Positions 62,868-64,000 of a stretch of 64,000 bases of DNA are shown piece after piece. Each line of letters starts with the position of its first letter. The first letter of the stretch is position 1. The notes under the pieces are model-generated. The model had not been told where the DNA came from, made no database searches, and was given only the letters and a program-made list of their open reading frames with translations. The stretch covers positions 124,001 through 188,000 of the forward strand of contig NZ_JMCB01000028.1 in the NCBI RefSeq assembly GCF_000737315.1, given 5' to 3'. The DNA is from Hyalangium minutum. GTDB lineage: Bacteria; Myxococcota; Myxococcia; Myxococcales; Myxococcaceae. Made by a program: the position numbers and the translations under genes.

Positions 62868-63845
62868 GTGCGACACCTCCTGCGCAACCTGGGCCTGTAC
62901 GCGGTGGCGGCGTGGGCCTCGCTCACGCTGAACTTCCTGATTCCCCGGCTCATGCCGGGGGATCCCGCCTCGATCATGTTCGCGCGCTTCGCGGGCCAGC
63001 TTCAGCCCGAGGCGATCGACGCCCTGCGCATCGCGTTCGGCTTCACGAACGAGCCGCTCTACCTGCAGTACTTCACCTACGTGGGGCACCTGTTCCAGGG
63101 GGAGCTGGGACTCTCCGTGGCGTACTTCCCCGCGAAGGTGACGGATGTGATCGCCACGGGCCTGGGCTGGACCATGCTCCTGGCTGGGGCCGCGGTGGTC
63201 ATCAGCTTCGTGCTGGGCACGGGGCTCGGCGTGGTCGCCACGTGGAGGCGTGGCGGCTGGCTGGACTCGGTGATGCCCCCGGTGCTGGTCTTCCTGGGGG
63301 CGTTTCCCTACTTCTGGCTGGCGATGGTGCTGCTCTACGTGCTCGGGTTCGTGCTCGGCGCCTTCCCGCTGCGGCATGCCTACAGCGACATGCTCGCGCC
63401 CGCGTTCAGCGGTGAGTTCCTCCTCAGCGTGCTCCATCACCTGGTGCTACCGGCGTCAGCCATCGTGATCGCGACGCTCGGCGGCTGGATGCTCAGCATG
63501 CGCAGCACGATGGTGGGCATCCTCGCCGAGGACTACATCACCATGGCGAACGCCAAGGGCCTGTCCCAGAAGCGCATCATGTTCCACTACGCCGCCCGCA
63601 ATGCCCTGCTGCCGAACATCACGGGCTTCGGGATGGCGCTGGGGTTCGTCCTCTCGGGCTCCCTGCTGACCGAGATCGTCTTCTCCTACCCGGGCCAGGG
63701 CTACCTGCTCATTCAGGCGGTGCGCAATCAGGACTACCCGCTCATGCAGGGCATCTTCCTGACCATCACGTTGGCCGTGCTGGCCGCGAACCTGCTCGTG
63801 GACATCCTTTACGTGTGGCTCGACCCCCGGACGCGCGCGCGCTGA
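62868..63845 (+). CDS. ABC permease (DppB/OppB-like)
   Basis: PRLMPGDP, EAA loop EDYITMANAKGLS, TEIVFSYPGQG, QDYPLMQG. Confidence 0.93.
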   Translation: MRHLLRNLGLYAVAAWASLTLNFLIPRLMPGDPASIMFARFAGQLQPEAIDALRIAFGFTNEPLYLQYFTYVGHLFQGELGLSVAYFPAKVTDVIATGLGWTMLLAGAAVVISFVLGTGLGVVATWRRGGWLDSVMPPVLVFLGAFPYFWLAMVLLYVLGFVLGAFPLRHAYSDMLAPAFSGEFLLSVLHHLVLPASAIVIATLGGWMLSMRSTMVGILAEDYITMANAKGLSQKRIMFHYAARNALLPNITGFGMALGFVLSGSLLTEIVFSYPGQGYLLIQAVRNQDYPLMQGIFLTITLAVLAANLLVDILYVWLDPRTRAR

Positions 63846-63869
63846 CGGGTAGGAAGGAAGGCGCCTGGC

Positions 63870-64000
63870 ATGTCATTGACGACTCAGGCCAAGAAGCAGC
63901 GCGTGGGGTTCATCTGGCAGCTCCTCGATAACCGCAAGGCCTCGGCCGGAGCAGCGCTGCTGCTCTTCTTCGTGTTGATGGCGATCTGCGGGCCGTCGCT
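63870..64000 (+). CDS. ABC permease (DppC/OppC-like), 5' fragment
   Basis: MSLTTQAKKQRVGFIWQLLDNRKASAGAALLLFFVLMAICGPS runs off the window; follows the DppB-like gene. Confidence 0.75.
   Translation, partial: MSLTTQAKKQRVGFIWQLLDNRKASAGAALLLFFVLMAICGPS

Overview
GC-rich bacterial DNA with about 58 genes; gene content (DUF2378 protein, PEGA-domain Ser/Thr kinase with FHA partner, many lipoproteins, sigma54-type promoters) points to a myxobacterium. Housekeeping genes (hemF, glpK, phhB, dapD, dapE, GST, ALDH, PLD, GH20, two ABC systems, ECF sigma/anti-sigma) are interleaved with accessory genes. No rRNA, tRNA, CRISPR array or classical IS was seen. Most long ORFs in the supplied track are antisense shadows or upstream over-extensions caused by high GC, so starts were corrected by hand. 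Best leads: (1) a SelW/Rdx gene missed by the ORF track because its CxxU motif has an in-frame UGA (52890-53126); (2) an AetD-like heme-oxygenase-like diiron enzyme behind a stand-alone V4R-type gene (21631-23087); (3) a 961-aa fusion of a degenerate PRTase, two AMMECR1-like domains and a helical toroid (10508-13393); (4) a coupled ABC-ATPase + small TOPRIM pair resembling PARIS/AbiL defence systems (56512-58292); (5) a CPA1 antiporter + RCK-cNMP protein + GST operon (7145-10492); (6) an Rpn nuclease with a strong internal start site for a possible intragenic antitoxin; (7) a secretin-N-domain-only lipoprotein, an orphan SLATT gene inside the dap operon and an orphan Tli4-like immunity gene. 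Clear cis-elements include twin BlaI/CopY operators over a sigma70 promoter, two sigma54 motifs, a 15-bp G-rich VNTR, and four 13-bp repeats plus a LacI-type palindrome ahead of a chito-oligosaccharide-type ABC importer. All family assignments come from motif recognition by eye; no database searches were run.
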